From: Bacteroidales bacterium
GTDB lineage: Bacteria; Bacteroidota; Bacteroidia; Bacteroidales; UBA7960
Direction: 5' to 3'
NCBI GenBank assembly: GCA_003557965.1
Contig: PWND01000166.1
Span: 1 to 47,993, forward strand
Length of the DNA: 47,993 nt
The notes below the pieces were generated by a model, which was not told the origin of the DNA, made no database searches, and saw only the letters and a list, made by a program, of their open reading frames with translations. Positions 46,197-47,993 of the stretch are shown one piece after another. The position numbers and the translations under genes were made by a program. Numbering within the stretch: position 1 is the first letter of the stretch; every line of letters starts with the position of its first letter.

Positions 46197-47780
46197 ATGT
46201 ATAAAAGATGGTGGGGAGCAGCAACCCGACTGATAATGCTTATTTGCATTACTTTTTTTTGTAATGTGCAATTATTAGCTAAAGTTGACAGTGCAGTAAG
46301 CAATCACCTTCTATATAGCAGTAAGGATGCGCTAAATATTAGTGGAGTGAAAATCTTATCAGGCATAATAAGCGGCAACCTTGTTTGGATACTTGCTTTA
46401 GTTTTAATAATATTAACCAGCCTGGCTTATATCCTAATTAAAATATATACCCGCAAACTAATTTCTAAAAACAAAAAGCTCAAAAAACTTTTAAATAAGC
46501 AAAAAAATGAGCTGGAACATGCAAGTAAAGAAATAGAAAGATTGTCAATTGTTGCCAGGGAAACTGAAAATGCAATAACTATTTTTGATAGTGAAGGACG
46601 AATAGAGTGGGCAAATGACAGCTTTACAAAAATATATGGATACTCTATAAATGAATATATTGATGCATTTGGTGATAATATATATGCTTCCAGCTATAAT
46701 AAAAACATAAAAGAGATAATTGACAAGGGGATAAAAAACAGGGAAGCTGTTATTTACGATTACAAAGCCATAACCAAAAACAAAAGAGATATTTGGATAC
46801 AAACAACCTTAACTCCAATATATAATTCAAAAAAACTTTACAAGCTCGTTGCTATAGATACAGACATTACTCAGCTTAAAGAAATGCAAAAAAACCTGCA
46901 AAACAAAACAAATGATTTTCAGGAAATTAATTCGCTATTATTAAAACAAAAAAAAGACTTACAAGCTGCCCAGGAAGAAATGCATTTAATAAATGAGATG
47001 CTTGAAACTGAAAAAAAGAAGTCAGATACACTTCTTTTAAACATTTTGCCAGAGATAACCGCTGAAGAGCTTAAAAAGCATGGCAAATCCGAACCACGAC
47101 ACTATGATAAAACAACTATACTTTTTACTGATTTTGCTAACTTTTCAAGAACATCAAAAATCCGGCCTTTTGAAGAAATAATTGAAGAGCTTGATTATTG
47201 CTTTGCGGCTTTTGATGATATTATAGAAAAATATAATATTGAAAAAATAAAAACAATGGGTGATTCATACATGTGTGTAGGAGGAATCCCCAAAGAGAAT
47301 AATTCAAACCCGATTGATTTAGTTTTGGCAGGATTAGAAATGGCAAACTTTATTAATAAAGAAAGAAGAAGACGAGATCTGTCAGGAAGCCCGTTTTTCA
47401 GCATGCGACTGGGAATCCACACAGGAAAATTATTGGCAGGTGTTGTAGGTAAAAAGAAGTTTGCTTATGATGTTTGGGGCGAAGCCGTCAACCTGGCCAG
47501 ATTTATGGAGATTTCAGGCAAAGAAGACTTTGTCAATATTTCACAGGCAACACACAGTTATATTAAAGAGTTTTTCAATTGCACTTCACGTGGAAAAATT
47601 GGAATAAAGCATAGTGGAATGGTAGAAATGTACCTTGTAAATGGGCTAAAAGAAGATTATGCCGCCGATGCCTCTGGTATTTTTCCTAATGAAAAAATGC
47701 TTGAAGAAATTGAGAAAATAAAAAACAGTTCCGGGGCTTCTCCCCGGGCTGCCGATATTCCGCTCCTGCCGGAGCTTTGA
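46197..47780 (+). CDS. Sensor adenylate cyclase 3: TM anchor(s), PAS-like domain, coiled coil, class III cyclase domain with a displaced catalytic Arg
   Basis: 527 aa with TM helix LVWILALVLIILTSLAYILI and a PAS-like block ITIFDSEGRIEWANDSFTKIYGYS...E....K.....W......P. Cyclase motifs are LFTDFANFS, KIKTMGDSYMC and RLGIHTG, but YDVWGEAVNLARFME (ARF instead of ASR). Confidence 0.82.
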   Translation: MYKRWWGAATRLIMLICITFFCNVQLLAKVDSAVSNHLLYSSKDALNISGVKILSGIISGNLVWILALVLIILTSLAYILIKIYTRKLISKNKKLKKLLNKQKNELEHASKEIERLSIVARETENAITIFDSEGRIEWANDSFTKIYGYSINEYIDAFGDNIYASSYNKNIKEIIDKGIKNREAVIYDYKAITKNKRDIWIQTTLTPIYNSKKLYKLVAIDTDITQLKEMQKNLQNKTNDFQEINSLLLKQKKDLQAAQEEMHLINEMLETEKKKSDTLLLNILPEITAEELKKHGKSEPRHYDKTTILFTDFANFSRTSKIRPFEEIIEELDYCFAAFDDIIEKYNIEKIKTMGDSYMCVGGIPKENNSNPIDLVLAGLEMANFINKERRRRDLSGSPFFSMRLGIHTGKLLAGVVGKKKFAYDVWGEAVNLARFMEISGKEDFVNISQATHSYIKEFFNCTSRGKIGIKHSGMVEMYLVNGLKEDYAADASGIFPNEKMLEEIEKIKNSSGASPRAADIPLLPEL

Positions 47781-47993
47781 ACTGATTGGTTGATTTGGGA
47801 GTTGGTTAGTTGGGAAAATAGTTTACTGGGAAAGTGGTTGCACTTCGGCAGGCTCATTGTAAAATTTCGGATATGTGGTTTCGGATAGCGGATTTTTTGA
47901 GCATTGGTGATGGCCTTCGGAGTTTTACCGATAACGAGCATTAGCGAAACGAAGCTGTTTGAAAAATTTGAGACTCGCAAGCAATGAAGATTA

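Noticed and set aside
41090-47780. Pycsar/CBASS-like anti-phage interpretation of the cyclase cluster
   Set aside because: These are large membrane sensor proteins whose class III catalytic domains carry Lys/Asp (ATP-specifying) residues. There are no adjacent effector genes (TIR, TM-pore, nuclease, cNMP-binding). The layout fits environmental signalling, not a defence operon.
47778-47888. Trp-rich in-frame extension after the cyclase 3 TGA stop (TDWLIWELVSWENSLLGKWLHFGRL...), which would suggest stop-codon readthrough
   Set aside because: There is no independent support. The paralogs end even earlier, and the Trp richness is explained by the TTGG-word repeats in the DNA.
1-47993. CRISPR arrays, tRNA/rRNA genes, and DGR or toxin-antitoxin-like small gene pairs
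   Set aside because: Scanning the intergenic regions by eye showed no regularly spaced direct repeats and no tRNA-like T-loop or acceptor patterns. There are no small paired ORFs apart from the single DUF6429-like gene.

Overview
This is a low-GC chromosomal window that looks like Bacteroidota. The evidence is the mrdA-rodA / nadK / 2x DUF6089 / uppS / bamA / skp synteny, several TAnnTTTG -7 boxes just upstream of start codons, and the absence of obvious Shine-Dalgarno spacing. I support about 29 protein-coding genes. I saw no rRNA, tRNA, CRISPR array, transposase or integrase.

Layout from left to right:
- 1-1709: a truncated NAD(P)H-binding oxidoreductase and kbl, both on the minus strand.
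- 1.7-9.9 kb: an 8 kb formate module, fhs + NuoE-like + NuoF/HydB-like + Cys-type Mo/W formate dehydrogenase alpha subunit, with convergent mobA and a DUF6429 gene. A 133-144 bp inverted repeat of about 92% identity brackets the module.
- 9.9-27 kb: housekeeping and envelope genes (rlmN, acyltransferase, an OM barrel protein, VanZ, wecB-like, DUF4105, MBL hydrolase, PBP2, RodA, NadK, DUF6089 x2, UppS, BamA, Skp).
- 27-40 kb: an M16 peptidase, a 1145 aa protein with about 15 tandem 56-aa TPR-like repeats, and, divergent from that protein, a 1995 aa alpha-2-macroglobulin-like protein. The macroglobulin carries a SusC-type carboxypeptidase-regulatory + TonB-plug module where the bait region normally sits, and it has a CNEQ thioester-type motif.
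- 40.4-47.8 kb: a nitroreductase, then three tandem class III adenylate cyclases, each with a different sensor module (periplasmic beta-propeller/Y_Y_Y, 7TM, PAS).

The candidates I find most interesting are the plug-containing macroglobulin, the inverted-repeat-bracketed formate module with its three-copy hairpin element, and the cyclase sensor array. All functional calls rest on motif recognition by eye; no database search was run.
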